From Verrucomicrobiota bacterium (GTDB lineage Bacteria; Verrucomicrobiota; Verrucomicrobiia; Methylacidiphilales; Verrucolacustridaceae): a stretch of 51,343 bases of DNA. Of this stretch, positions 1-10,584 are shown piece by piece. A program made the translations under genes and the position numbers. The stretch is taken from assembly GCA_016876055.1 (NCBI GenBank), contig VHDM01000001.1, positions 1 to 51,343 of the forward strand. The letters run 5' to 3'. The number at the start of each line of letters is the position of its first letter. The stretch's first letter is position 1. Below the pieces are notes generated by a model, which did no database searches, had not been told where the DNA came from, and worked only from the letters and a program-made list of their open reading frames with translations.

Positions 1-74
1 TGGATTCGAACCAGCGAAGGCGTAGAGCCAGCAGATTTACAGTCTGCCCCGTTTGGCCACTTCGGTATCCGCCC
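1..74 (-). tRNA. tRNA-Tyr (GTA), 3' end cut by the window edge
   Basis: Reverse complement reads GGGCGGATACCGAAGTGGCCAAACGGGGCAGA-CTGTAAA-TCTGC, then a long variable arm and GGTTCGAATCCA. Confidence 0.95.
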
Positions 75-135
75 GGGAAAGGGAGAGACTCGCAAAAAAG
101 GTGGGAGCGGTCAAAAGCGTTCCCGAGGGGGAAGA

Positions 136-164
136 TTGCCTCGGTTCCCATGGAAAGGTAGGAT
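136..164 (+). promoter_or_regulatory. sigma70-type promoter for tRNA-Arg/tRNA-Gly
   Basis: TTGCCT-17 nt-TAGGAT ending 10 nt before tRNA-Arg. Confidence 0.55.
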
Positions 165-174
165 TTGGAATCTT

Positions 175-248
175 GCGCTGTTAGCTCAACTGGATAGAGC
201 ACCTGACTACGGATCAGGAGGTTAGAGGTTCGAATCCTCTACGGCGCA
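175..248 (+). tRNA. tRNA-Arg (ACG)
   Basis: Cloverleaf with anticodon arm CCTGA-CTACGGA-TCAGG and T-loop TTCGAAT; CCA not encoded. Confidence 0.96.
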
Positions 249-260
249 CGGTTCTCTACC

Positions 261-331
261 GCGGCTGTAGTTCAATGGTAGAACGCTAGCCTTCCAAGCT
301 AGACACGAGGGTTCGATTCCCTCCAGCCGCA
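261..331 (+). tRNA. tRNA-Gly (TCC)
   Basis: Acceptor stem GCGGCTG/CAGCCGC, anticodon arm CTAGC-CTTCCAA-GCTAG; discriminator A; CCA not encoded. Confidence 0.96.
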
Positions 332-347
332 CCGTTATTGTGATGCC

Positions 348-2402
<2,055 letters not shown>

Positions 2403-2449
2403 ATTGAGGCGGGGGTGGGCGACCGGTAAGGTTTTAACAAAGGGAGGGA

Positions 2450-2683
2450 ATGAATATGGATCGCGAGGGGGAACGGACATTGCGTTCGGAAAAAGTGCAA
2501 ATTGAGAGGAAGACCTTCTTTCTGGATCTGAAAGAAAACGACCGGGGCCGCTTTTTGCGGATCACGGAGGATGTGGGGGGTCGTCGGGACCGGATCATCA
2601 TGCCGGCCAGCGGCATGGAGGATTTCGCCCGGGCGCTGGATGATTTGATTATCTTCGAGCAGGAAGAGCTCGGCCCCCGCTAG
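2450..2683 (+). CDS. PUR-alpha-like single-repeat ssDNA/RNA-binding protein (start may be 2456)
   Basis: LRSEKVQIERKTFFLDLKENDRGRFLRITE is a typical PUR repeat; GGGAGG SD upstream. Confidence 0.85.
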   Translation: MNMDREGERTLRSEKVQIERKTFFLDLKENDRGRFLRITEDVGGRRDRIIMPASGMEDFARALDDLIIFEQEELGPR

Positions 2684-2730
2684 CGGGAGGAAATTTCGAC
2701 GGTTGGATTTTGGGTTAGGGTCGAGAGCGG

Positions 2731-3087
2731 TTAGTCGAGATCGCGGAGGGTGAGGTCGTCCTCGTCAAAGCCGAGGAAGTGGCCCAGCTCATGGAGGTAG
2801 GTGGTACGCACTTCCTCGGCAAAGATTTCCGGATCACCCTCGGCCAGATCCCAGAGGTTATCCAAGTAGAGAATGATCCGCGGGGGCGGATCCGAGGCGT
2901 GGGGATCGGCCTCGAGGCGGCTGGCTCCCTCAAACAGGCCGAGGAGGTCCGGTTCGAATCCTTGGTCCAAAACGGCCTGATCCGGCACCGCTTGGTAAAG
3001 AGTGACGACCGGTTCCGACGCGGTGCGTAATTCGGGAGTGAGTCGGGAGCGGATGCGGTGGACGCTCGCGCGGGCCAGTTGATGCAA
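2731..3087 (-). CDS. Minimal zincin-like metallopeptidase (DUF1025-type); start uncertain
   Basis: DLLGLFEG, RIILYLDNL and TTYLHELGHFLG (HExxH). Confidence 0.85.
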   Translation of the reverse strand: MHQLARASVHRIRSRLTPELRTASEPVVTLYQAVPDQAVLDQGFEPDLLGLFEGASRLEADPHASDPPPRIILYLDNLWDLAEGDPEIFAEEVRTTYLHELGHFLGFDEDDLTLRDLD

Positions 3088-3201
3088 GTCGGGTTTCAGG
3101 CTGCCAGGTTAGGATCAGTTTCTGATCCGGGAAAATGGGAAAGGCGAGGCCGGATCAAAAAAGCTCTTAAAATCAGGAGGCGGAAGGGGCAGGATGACCC
3201 C

Positions 3202-4845
3202 ATGCGACGTGGCGTGGTTTTGGTCCTCGGACTGGTCTGGCCGTGGGCCGGGCTGGCCCAGGGCAAGTGGGGGATGGTGGATACGAACGGAACGGTGCGG
3301 ATTCCCGAGCGCTACGATGAGATCGGGGTTTTTCGCGGGGATTTGGCGAGGGGCCTGCCGCTCCCGGAATTTTTGCCTGGGCTGAAGGGAGCCACCATCG
3401 TGAAGTGGCTCAAGGCGGAAGGTGAGGAGGTGAAGAAGGATGAGGCGTTGGCCCAGGTGGAGCTGAAGGAACCTACGATTCCCGTGATGGCGCCGGCCAA
3501 AGGAATGCTGACCCAGATCGGGGTGCCGGTGGGCGGGGCGGCGATCCCGGGAGCGGCCTTGGGCAAGGTGCGGGTTTTGGGGACGGTGGACCTGTTTGCG
3601 AAAAAGCAGTTTGAGGTGGAGTGCCCGAGCTTCGGGCCGAATTCAGGTTCCGCCAGCGTGGTGCGGTGGCTGAAGTTGGAGGGGGATGCGGTGGGGAAGG
3701 GGGAAAAGATTGCGGAGATCCGTCCGGCCCAGGCGATGGCAGTGGTGCTTGCGCCGGGATCCGGCACGCTGGTGGATATTGAGGTGGCGGAGGGGGCGGA
3801 GGCGGCGACGGGGCAGGTGATCGCCCGGATGGGGGTCGGTCGGGTGCCACTGCGTGCGGGCAAGGACTGGTTCTTTGTGGATGAGCGGGGCAACCGGGTC
3901 ACCCCGGGCCGTTTTGACCAAGTGGGGGTGGTGCAGGGAGGGATGGCTCCGGTGCGGGCGGGGGACCGGTGGAGTTTTGTGGATGGAGAGGGGAAACAAG
4001 TTGGCAAGGCGGATTACGACGAAGCCCGGGAGGTGTGGGGCGGGTTGGCGGCGGTGCGACAGAAGGAGCGCTGGGGATTTGTGGCGTACCACGAGGGAAC
4101 CCTGAAAAATTCGATCCCGCCGCGTTTTTTCCAGGTAAAAGATTTTGCGGAGGGTTTGGCGGCGGTGGAGGAGAGTGACGATGCTCCGGTGGACGAGCAG
4201 GCGGAGCCCAAGCTTTTTGAGGAGGTGGCCGAGGTCAAACAACCGGCGGGACCGGTGGCGTGGGGCTACATCCTTCCCAGCGGTAAATTATGGATTCCCT
4301 CGGAGTTTGCGGAGGCGGGTCGCTTTGTGGACGGGCGGGCGGTGGTGCGACCCCAGGGAGAGGGGGCCAACGTCCTGCTCATCGACAGCAAGGGAAAGGT
4401 GCGGACCTCCGCCCTCTATACAGGGCTGGTGTCGTTGGGGGAAAAGCGGGTGGCCTGGAAGCGGGCCCAGGGATGGGGGCTGATGGATATGACGGAGAAG
4501 GCGATGGAAATTTCCCCGGGTGGGGCGGAAAGCCTGCAGGCGATTGGACCATTTGGCAGTGAGCGGGCGCCAGCCAAGGGCGAGAACGGGAAGTGGGGTT
4601 ATCTGGATCCGATGGGAACATGGGCGATTCCGCCAAAATTTGAACGTGCGGGTATTTTCCGGAACGGCTTGGCGGCGGCCAAGGAGCCAGGGGCCAGGTG
4701 GGGATTTCTCAAGCCGGACGGGAGCTGGGGCATCGAGCCGAAGTACGCGCGGGTGAGAAGTTTTTCCGACGGCTTGGCGGCGGCGGGGGAGCAGGGTGAG
4801 GTGGAGGCGGGCCCCGAGCCGGAGACCGGGGGCCGGTGGGAGTAA
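3202..4845 (+). CDS. Secreted WG-repeat protein with two inserted biotinyl/lipoyl-fold domains
   Basis: Signal peptide MRRGVVLVLGLVWPWAGLA; repeats such as KWGMVDTNG, KWGYLDPMG, RWGFLKPDG and F-x-x-GLAA; two V-x-W-LK-x-EG...AP-x-x-G lipoyl-type domains at about 3355-3570 and 3610-3835. Confidence 0.82.
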   Translation: MRRGVVLVLGLVWPWAGLAQGKWGMVDTNGTVRIPERYDEIGVFRGDLARGLPLPEFLPGLKGATIVKWLKAEGEEVKKDEALAQVELKEPTIPVMAPAKGMLTQIGVPVGGAAIPGAALGKVRVLGTVDLFAKKQFEVECPSFGPNSGSASVVRWLKLEGDAVGKGEKIAEIRPAQAMAVVLAPGSGTLVDIEVAEGAEAATGQVIARMGVGRVPLRAGKDWFFVDERGNRVTPGRFDQVGVVQGGMAPVRAGDRWSFVDGEGKQVGKADYDEAREVWGGLAAVRQKERWGFVAYHEGTLKNSIPPRFFQVKDFAEGLAAVEESDDAPVDEQAEPKLFEEVAEVKQPAGPVAWGYILPSGKLWIPSEFAEAGRFVDGRAVVRPQGEGANVLLIDSKGKVRTSALYTGLVSLGEKRVAWKRAQGWGLMDMTEKAMEISPGGAESLQAIGPFGSERAPAKGENGKWGYLDPMGTWAIPPKFERAGIFRNGLAAAKEPGARWGFLKPDGSWGIEPKYARVRSFSDGLAAAGEQGEVEAGPEPETGGRWE

Positions 4846-5762
4846 TGGAGTTCCGGGACTATTACGAGACTTTGGGGGTTACGCGGACGGCGAGCGCGGA
4901 GGAGATCCGCAGCGCCTTCCGAAAAAAGGCGCGGGAATACCATCCCGACGTGGCCAAGGATAAGGCGCAGGGGGCGGAGAGGTTCAAGGAGGTGAACGAG
5001 GCGTACGAGGTGCTGAGCGATCCGGCGAAGCGGATGAAATATGACCAGATGGGAAGGGAGGGGCCGGGCGGGGGTTTTGCCTGGCAGGGGGCTCCGGGAC
5101 CCAGCGGGCCGGACATGGAGGAGTTTCATTTTGGCGGGACGGGGTACAGCGACTTTTTCGAGCACCTGTTTGGCGGGATGGGGAGTGGGGGGGTGCGGGG
5201 GCCGGGCGGACGGCGCATGGCGAGACGAGGCTCGGATATTGAGGGGGATCTCATGGTCCCCTTGGAGGAGGCTCTGGGCGGGTCTGTGCGGGAGGTCACC
5301 CTGCAGCGGGGCGGGAAGACCGAAACCTACCGGGTGAAGATTCCCGCGGGTGTGCGGGAGGGACAGAGGATCCGGTTGGCGGGCAAGGGGGAGTCGGGGC
5401 GAAGTGGAGGGGAATCCGGGGATCTTTACCTGCGGGTGAGACTCGCGCGGCATCCAGACCTGAGGGTGGAGGGCAGGGATCTTTACACTGATCTGGAGGT
5501 GGCGCCGTGGGAAGCGGTGCTGGGGGCCAGCGTGCCGGTGCCGACTCTGGACGGAAGGGTGACCCTAAAAATTCCGGCCGGTTCGACAGCCGGTCAGAAA
5601 CTGAGGTTGCGGGGGCAAGGGTTGCCGCGGGAGGATGGAGGTCGTGGAGATCTGTATGCGGTGCTGGAAATCGCCGTGCCCGGCCGGGTGGGACCGGAAG
5701 AGAAAAAGCTTTGGGAAAAGCTGGCGGAGGAGAGCCGCTGGCGGCCGGGAGGAGCAGCCTAA
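4845..5762 (+). CDS. cbpA: DnaJ-class co-chaperone / curved DNA-binding protein
   Basis: J domain with HPD, no zinc finger, DnaJ_C domain, followed by cbpM; TAATG overlap with the upstream gene. Confidence 0.9.
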   Translation: MEFRDYYETLGVTRTASAEEIRSAFRKKAREYHPDVAKDKAQGAERFKEVNEAYEVLSDPAKRMKYDQMGREGPGGGFAWQGAPGPSGPDMEEFHFGGTGYSDFFEHLFGGMGSGGVRGPGGRRMARRGSDIEGDLMVPLEEALGGSVREVTLQRGGKTETYRVKIPAGVREGQRIRLAGKGESGRSGGESGDLYLRVRLARHPDLRVEGRDLYTDLEVAPWEAVLGASVPVPTLDGRVTLKIPAGSTAGQKLRLRGQGLPREDGGRGDLYAVLEIAVPGRVGPEEKKLWEKLAEESRWRPGGAA

Positions 5763-5765
5763 GGC

Positions 5766-6083
5766 ATGAAGGGAAAGAAGAACCAGCTGGCGGGAAGGGT
5801 TTGGGCGGAGTCCCCGCGGGTGTTCGCCTTGGAGGAGTTGGCCCGGATGGCGGAAACCACTGTCGAAGTGGTGCAGCAGTACAGCGAAATGGGCCTGCTG
5901 GGAGAGGAGGGACGGCAAGGCTCTTTCGGGGAAGGAACGTTGTTTCTGGTGAGGCGGATCGAGCAGTTGCGAATCGAGTACGGGATGCCGGCGGAAGGAG
6001 CAGGGCTGGTTTTGGATCTGGCCGCCCGGGTTGAGGAGTTGGAGGAGGAGATCCGGGCTTTGCGAGAGGCAACGGGGCGATGA
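5766..6083 (+). CDS. cbpM: Chaperone modulator CbpM (MerR-like HTH)
   Basis: LEELARMA...MGLL...RIEQLRIEYGM...LVLDLAARVEELE, directly after cbpA. Confidence 0.8.
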   Translation: MKGKKNQLAGRVWAESPRVFALEELARMAETTVEVVQQYSEMGLLGEEGRQGSFGEGTLFLVRRIEQLRIEYGMPAEGAGLVLDLAARVEELEEEIRALREATGR

Positions 6084-6517
6084 GCGTAGGTTTTGGCCAG
6101 CCGGTGCCCGGGCTGCGGAGCCCCCGAGAGCAGGTGGACGGGTTGGTCTATTTCGGGCGGATGGTGGACAAGCTCCGGCTGGAACTGGCTGGGAAACTTC
6201 CGAAAGATTATCAGGAAAACATGGGCAAGGGTTTCGATGCTTCCTGCTGTGAATTTTTGGGTGTTGCCTACGGGAAAGTAAGGGAACGAGTCCGAGAAGG
6301 GAGCTCCGACCGGGAGTTGCTCGACTGGTGCCAAAGCCACGGGAAAAAAAGGGATGCGGGTGACCGGGCGGTGTGGAATGCGTATCTCTCCAAGCGGGGC
6401 TGGCGGGATGACCTGGCAGATCGGCTGGCTTTCCGGAAACAAGAGGCGGGCTGGGAAGGCCGGGCGGAAATTCAGACTTTTTTCGATTACATGGATGCGG
6501 ATGAAGGCCGGATCTAG
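6080..6517 (+). CDS. DUF5069 domain protein
   Basis: LRSPREQVDGLVYFGRMVDKLRL...FDASCCEFLGV...TFFDYMDADEGR; ATGA overlap with cbpM. Confidence 0.8.
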   Translation: MSVGFGQPVPGLRSPREQVDGLVYFGRMVDKLRLELAGKLPKDYQENMGKGFDASCCEFLGVAYGKVRERVREGSSDRELLDWCQSHGKKRDAGDRAVWNAYLSKRGWRDDLADRLAFRKQEAGWEGRAEIQTFFDYMDADEGRI

Positions 6518-6527
6518 CGGGAACCGA

Positions 6528-6556
6528 TTGCCAACTGCCAACCAAATGGACATGCT
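6528..6556 (+). promoter_or_regulatory. sigma70-type promoter, probably giving a leaderless mRNA
   Basis: TTGCCA-17 nt-CATGCT-6 nt-ATG(6563). Confidence 0.5.
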
Positions 6557-6562
6557 CTGGGG

Positions 6563-7276
6563 ATGAGATTCCTTCACTCCCTCCTCCTGGCCTTGGTCGT
6601 CGCAGCCCCCTTCCCGGCCTTGGCCGTCAGCAGCATGGAGGAGAGGATCGACAAGACCATCGACGTGTTGGAGCAGTACGGCAAGGCCCAGGGAGATAGC
6701 ATTCCGCGGGAAGTGTTTCACGAGGCCAAAGGTCTGGCGGTTTTATGGGTGATCAAAGCGGGCTTCATCGTGGCAGGAGAGGGAGGGGACGGGCTGGTGG
6801 TCATCCGTAAAGGAAACAAGTGGTCTCATCCTTCGGCGATTTCGGCGGCAGGGGCGGGGGTGGGATTCCAAGCCGGGGGTTCCTCCCAAGATTATGTGCT
6901 TTTGCTGAATACCGAGAACGCGGTGGAGCAGTTTTCTCAAAAAGGAAATTACACGAGCAGCGCCGAGGTGGAGGGGACGGCGGGGCCGGTGGGGCGGGAG
7001 CTGTCGGCTGGCGTGGCCACCGTGAATGCGCCGGTCTACACCTACAGCTTCACCAAGGGCCTTTTTGGGGGCGTCTCGTTGTCCGGCCTCGGCTATGCTT
7101 CGGCGGATGACACAAATGAGAATTTTTACGGCCAGCGGCTAACGCCCAAGGAGATCTTGGACGGAAAAGTGAAAAAATCTCCCGAAGCGGTGAAGCGGCT
7201 CTGGAAGGCCTTGGAGCAACTCGATAAGAAACCCAAAATCGAAGGCAAGACCCCGACCAAGGATAAAAAGAACTAG
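6563..7276 (+). CDS. Ysc84/SYLF lipid-binding domain protein, exported
   Basis: Signal peptide; KAGFIVAGEGGDG, GFQAGG, AGPVGRE and YSFTKGLFGGVSL motifs. Confidence 0.88.
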   Translation: MRFLHSLLLALVVAAPFPALAVSSMEERIDKTIDVLEQYGKAQGDSIPREVFHEAKGLAVLWVIKAGFIVAGEGGDGLVVIRKGNKWSHPSAISAAGAGVGFQAGGSSQDYVLLLNTENAVEQFSQKGNYTSSAEVEGTAGPVGRELSAGVATVNAPVYTYSFTKGLFGGVSLSGLGYASADDTNENFYGQRLTPKEILDGKVKKSPEAVKRLWKALEQLDKKPKIEGKTPTKDKKN

Positions 7277-7288
7277 CGGTTTTTCTCC

Positions 7289-8245
7289 ATGGCTGAGCCG
7301 ACTCCTCCCCCTCCGCCTGCACCCCTGCCCAAGGCAAACCTGCCCGCCTCGTTGCCGGCGGCGGCGGGAAAGTCGGCGGCTCAAGCCGTGGCGGCGAGTA
7401 CGGCCAAGACGGTGGCTTCGACCGTGGGGGCGGTGGTGGCTTGGAAAGGGGTGGCGTTGGCGACGGCGGCGGTGCTGGGGTTGGGGGGGGGAGGGTACTA
7501 TTTCAATCGCGACCTGAAGGCGAGGAGCCAGTTAACGGAAGCAGAGCAGCGGGTGGCGACGCTGGAAAGCCAACTGAAGGAGGCGACGAGCGGGTCAGAG
7601 GCGCTGCGGGCCCAGTTGGACACGGCGCAGGGGGAAGTGGAGAAAGGCAAGAAGTTGGCGCTGGAGTTGGAACAGACCAAGGCGGAGCTGGCCAAATTGA
7701 AGGATCTTTCGGATGCGGAAAAAAAGGTGCTGGAGCAGAAGTTGGTCGAGCAGCAGTTGGCGATGGAGAAGTTCAAGGCGGAAACGGTGCAGGCCGACAC
7801 CAAGCTGGAGGAGAATCTGAAAAAGGAGCTCACCGACAAAGACGTGCAGATCTCGCGGCTGAAAAACCAGCTGAAGGTGACGGTGGCAAGCGAGATCCTG
7901 TTCCTAAGCGGATCGGCGGAACTTTCTCCGGAAGGCGTCGATGTGTTGCGGAAGGTGGCCAAGGCCGCCAACAAGGTGCAGGACGAGGTGCGGGTGGATG
8001 GGCATACCGACAGTGACCCGATCGCCCCAGTCCTGGCCCAGTACTATCCGACGAATTGGGAGCTTTCGACGGCGCGGGCGGCCGTGGCGGTGCGGGCACT
8101 TGAAGCCACCGGGATGGTGCCGGCCTCGCGGCTTGCCGCAGTGGGGTTTGGCGATAGCCGGCCGGTGGCGCCGAACGACAGCGCGGAGGGCAAGGCAAAG
8201 AACCGGCGGGTGGAGATTGTCTTTACGCCGGCGAAGAGCCGGTAG
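7289..8245 (+). CDS. Membrane-anchored coiled-coil protein with OmpA/MotB peptidoglycan-binding domain
   Basis: Pro/Ala-rich N-terminus, one TM helix, long coiled coil, then GHTD, NWELSTARA and KNRRVEI motifs. Confidence 0.88.
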   Translation: MAEPTPPPPPAPLPKANLPASLPAAAGKSAAQAVAASTAKTVASTVGAVVAWKGVALATAAVLGLGGGGYYFNRDLKARSQLTEAEQRVATLESQLKEATSGSEALRAQLDTAQGEVEKGKKLALELEQTKAELAKLKDLSDAEKKVLEQKLVEQQLAMEKFKAETVQADTKLEENLKKELTDKDVQISRLKNQLKVTVASEILFLSGSAELSPEGVDVLRKVAKAANKVQDEVRVDGHTDSDPIAPVLAQYYPTNWELSTARAAVAVRALEATGMVPASRLAAVGFGDSRPVAPNDSAEGKAKNRRVEIVFTPAKSR

Positions 8246-8624
8246 CGGCTACGGGAGGCGGAACGTCCCCCGGCAGGATGCCAGAGCCATCCGCGGTCTC
8301 GACCGAGAGGGGGCCATCGTACCAAGTTACGCTAATGACCTCATTTTCCGCCGTATGGGGTCCGTGCACGGTGTTTTTGGGAGCATGGAAAAAGGAGCCT
8401 GGTCCGTAGGCGACCTTGCCCTCGATCCATTTCCCTTTCAGCACCACGACGGATTCCGAGGTTTCGGGGTGGCGGTGGGCGGGGATCGTGGTGCCGGGTG
8501 CGAAGCGGCGGAGGAGGAAGCGGCCGCCGGTGGCGGCGTCGTGGGAGAGGGCGGCGAATGCCACGCCCGGAAAGGGCCCGGGCTCCCAGAGAGTCGTGTT
8601 GGGCAGGCGAATGGTGGGAAACAT
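8223..8624 (-). CDS. Cupin-domain protein (ChrR-like)
   Basis: PAHRH...E...VLKG and GSFFHAP...HGPH cupin motifs. Confidence 0.8.
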   Translation of the reverse strand: MFPTIRLPNTTLWEPGPFPGVAFAALSHDAATGGRFLLRRFAPGTTIPAHRHPETSESVVVLKGKWIEGKVAYGPGSFFHAPKNTVHGPHTAENEVISVTWYDGPLSVETADGSGILPGDVPPPVAATGSSPA

Positions 8625-8672
8625 GCCCCAAGAGTGCCCCAAGGAAATCTTCCTGACAACCGCCGGAGGAGT

Positions 8673-9971
8673 ATGGTGAACGACGTGCAGACACGGTCCA
8701 AGGATCCAAAGCCCCCCGCCGAAGGCTACCTTGGCCTGTTGCGACTGGCCGGGGAGATCGGCCGAGAACCAGACCTGAAAGGGCTGCTGGAGAAAATCCT
8801 GCAGAAAAGCCGCCCTTGGATGAGGACGGAGGCCTGTTCGATTTTTCTACCGGATCCGGCCACGGGGGAACTGGTGATCCACTCCGCCTATGGGGACAGC
8901 ACACCCCAACTGGGGAGCCTGCGGGTGCCAGCCGGCAAGGGAATTGTGGGGGCGGCGATGGAGGGGCGGAAAATGATCCGGGTGGATGATGTAAGCCGGG
9001 ATGTGCGTTTTTTTGCCAAGGCGGATGAGCAGACCGGCTGGAAAACCCGGGCGCTGTTGGCGGCTCCCTTGCTGGACGGGGACGAATGCCTGGGGGTGAT
9101 TGAATTTTTGAATCCCACGGGGCGCGCGGTGTTCAGCCCGCAGGACGAGGAATATATGGAGTATTTTTCCGGCCTGGTCTCCTCGGCCCTGGTGCGCATC
9201 CGGGCCCACGACGCCGCGCTGGAGAGGGCCCAGGTCCAACGGGACCTTGATTTGGCCCGGGAGATGCAGCAGGGGCTTTTGCCCAAAGAGTTTCCCGGAA
9301 AAGAACAGGCCCCCGGGGTGGAGATGTTTGCCCGCCTGGACCCGGCGAAGGAGGTGAGCGGAGATCTCTATGACTTTTTCACGGTGGAACCGGGGAAGAT
9401 GTGCTTTGTGGTCGGGGACGTTTCGGGCAAGGGGGTGGCGGCAGGCTTGTTCATGGCGGTGACGAGAACCCTGATCCGAGCGACGGCGGTCTCGGGTCGG
9501 CGGCCGATGGAAATCCTGCAAAAGGTAAATGCCCAGCTATGTGCGGAAAATCCCGCCAATCTGTTTGTGACCATGATTCTGGGGCTCCTCGACACCGCGA
9601 CCGGCCAGATGGAGTACGGGCAGGGGGGACACAATCCGCCGATTTTGGTGCCGACAAAGGGAGAGCCGGTGTATGAGCCATCGGGAGGTATGCCGTTAGG
9701 GGTGTTTGAGGACGCCCAATTCGGGCAAAGAAGGCTGGAGCTGAAACCGGGGGAAACCCTGCTGGTCTATACGGACGGGGTAACGGAAGCGATGAATCCC
9801 AAGAGGGAATTATTCGGGGAGGATCGTCTGAAGGCAGCGGTGCAAGGGCAGGTCAACCGCTCGCCTGAATCGCTCACCCAGAAAGTGGTGGAGGCGGTGG
9901 TGAAGTTTGCGAGCGGGGCAGAACCTTCCGACGATATCACCCTTTTGGCCATCCGGCATCGCACGGGCTGA
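8673..9971 (+). CDS. GAF + PP2C/SpoIIE serine phosphatase (RsbU-like)
   Basis: GAF domain; VSGDLYD, GDVSGKG, YTDGVTEA and DDITL motifs; SD GGAGGAG before ATG 8673. Confidence 0.92.
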   Translation: MVNDVQTRSKDPKPPAEGYLGLLRLAGEIGREPDLKGLLEKILQKSRPWMRTEACSIFLPDPATGELVIHSAYGDSTPQLGSLRVPAGKGIVGAAMEGRKMIRVDDVSRDVRFFAKADEQTGWKTRALLAAPLLDGDECLGVIEFLNPTGRAVFSPQDEEYMEYFSGLVSSALVRIRAHDAALERAQVQRDLDLAREMQQGLLPKEFPGKEQAPGVEMFARLDPAKEVSGDLYDFFTVEPGKMCFVVGDVSGKGVAAGLFMAVTRTLIRATAVSGRRPMEILQKVNAQLCAENPANLFVTMILGLLDTATGQMEYGQGGHNPPILVPTKGEPVYEPSGGMPLGVFEDAQFGQRRLELKPGETLLVYTDGVTEAMNPKRELFGEDRLKAAVQGQVNRSPESLTQKVVEAVVKFASGAEPSDDITLLAIRHRTG

Positions 9972-10027
9972 AACGGATTTGACGAAGGGGGAGTGGAGGA
10001 AAAGAGGAGGGGAGGGGGAAGGCCGGA

Positions 10028-10525
10028 TCAATCAATAAGATGGGCTTGGCGGAGAGGTTCAAGATCGGGATCTTCATGGGCCAATTTTTCCAGATCATGA
10101 TCCAGTTCGATAGCCCGCCGGACGTGGCTATGAGCGGTGGTCAGATCGCCCCGCTGGGCCGCATAGCAACCCAGATTGAATTGGATCAACGGATCCTTGG
10201 GATGAAGGGAGGCGGCTTCGGAAAGAATTTTGGAGGCAGAGTCGAGGGAGTCGCTGCGGCGCTTGGCAAAAGCCCAAGCCACGAACCAGCGGGCCTCGTT
10301 GGGATGGGAGGAAGCGAGCTTGGCGGCGAGAGAGGCGGCCTCGGGCCAGCGTTGAGCCCTTTCCAAAAGACGGAGCTTAAACTCCATGACACCGCCGTCA
10401 GCGGCCATGGAGGGGGACAGGCACGCCAATTCATCCAAAGCGTCTGCGACCATGCCGAGGTTCGCGTAACCGACGGCCGATTCAGCCCGTCTAAAATCTT
10501 CCCGAAGTTCAATTAACCGGCTCAT
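10028..10525 (-). CDS. Tetratricopeptide-repeat protein
   Basis: Helical repeats ending FNLGCYAAQRG...AIELD...A.EDPDL. Confidence 0.75.
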   Translation of the reverse strand: MSRLIELREDFRRAESAVGYANLGMVADALDELACLSPSMAADGGVMEFKLRLLERAQRWPEAASLAAKLASSHPNEARWFVAWAFAKRRSDSLDSASKILSEAASLHPKDPLIQFNLGCYAAQRGDLTTAHSHVRRAIELDHDLEKLAHEDPDLEPLRQAHLID

Positions 10526-10584
10526 ACCTCAATCTATCACAAAAGATGTGAAAATTAAAGGATCCTTATTTAAAATATTAGGAA

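Noticed and set aside
7289-8245. Possible flagellar stator MotB
   Set aside because: The TM helix lacks the conserved Asp and no motA is adjacent, so it is called a generic OmpA-like anchor.
7941-8672. 244-aa N-terminal extension of the GAF-PP2C ORF (676 aa in the track)
   Set aside because: It overlaps the OmpA gene and the antisense cupin gene and has no domain character. A good SD precedes ATG 8673.
10537-10551. CRP-like site TCACA-N5-TGTGA
   Set aside because: The half-sites are in the wrong order and spacing for CRP/FNR (TGTGA-N6-TCACA).
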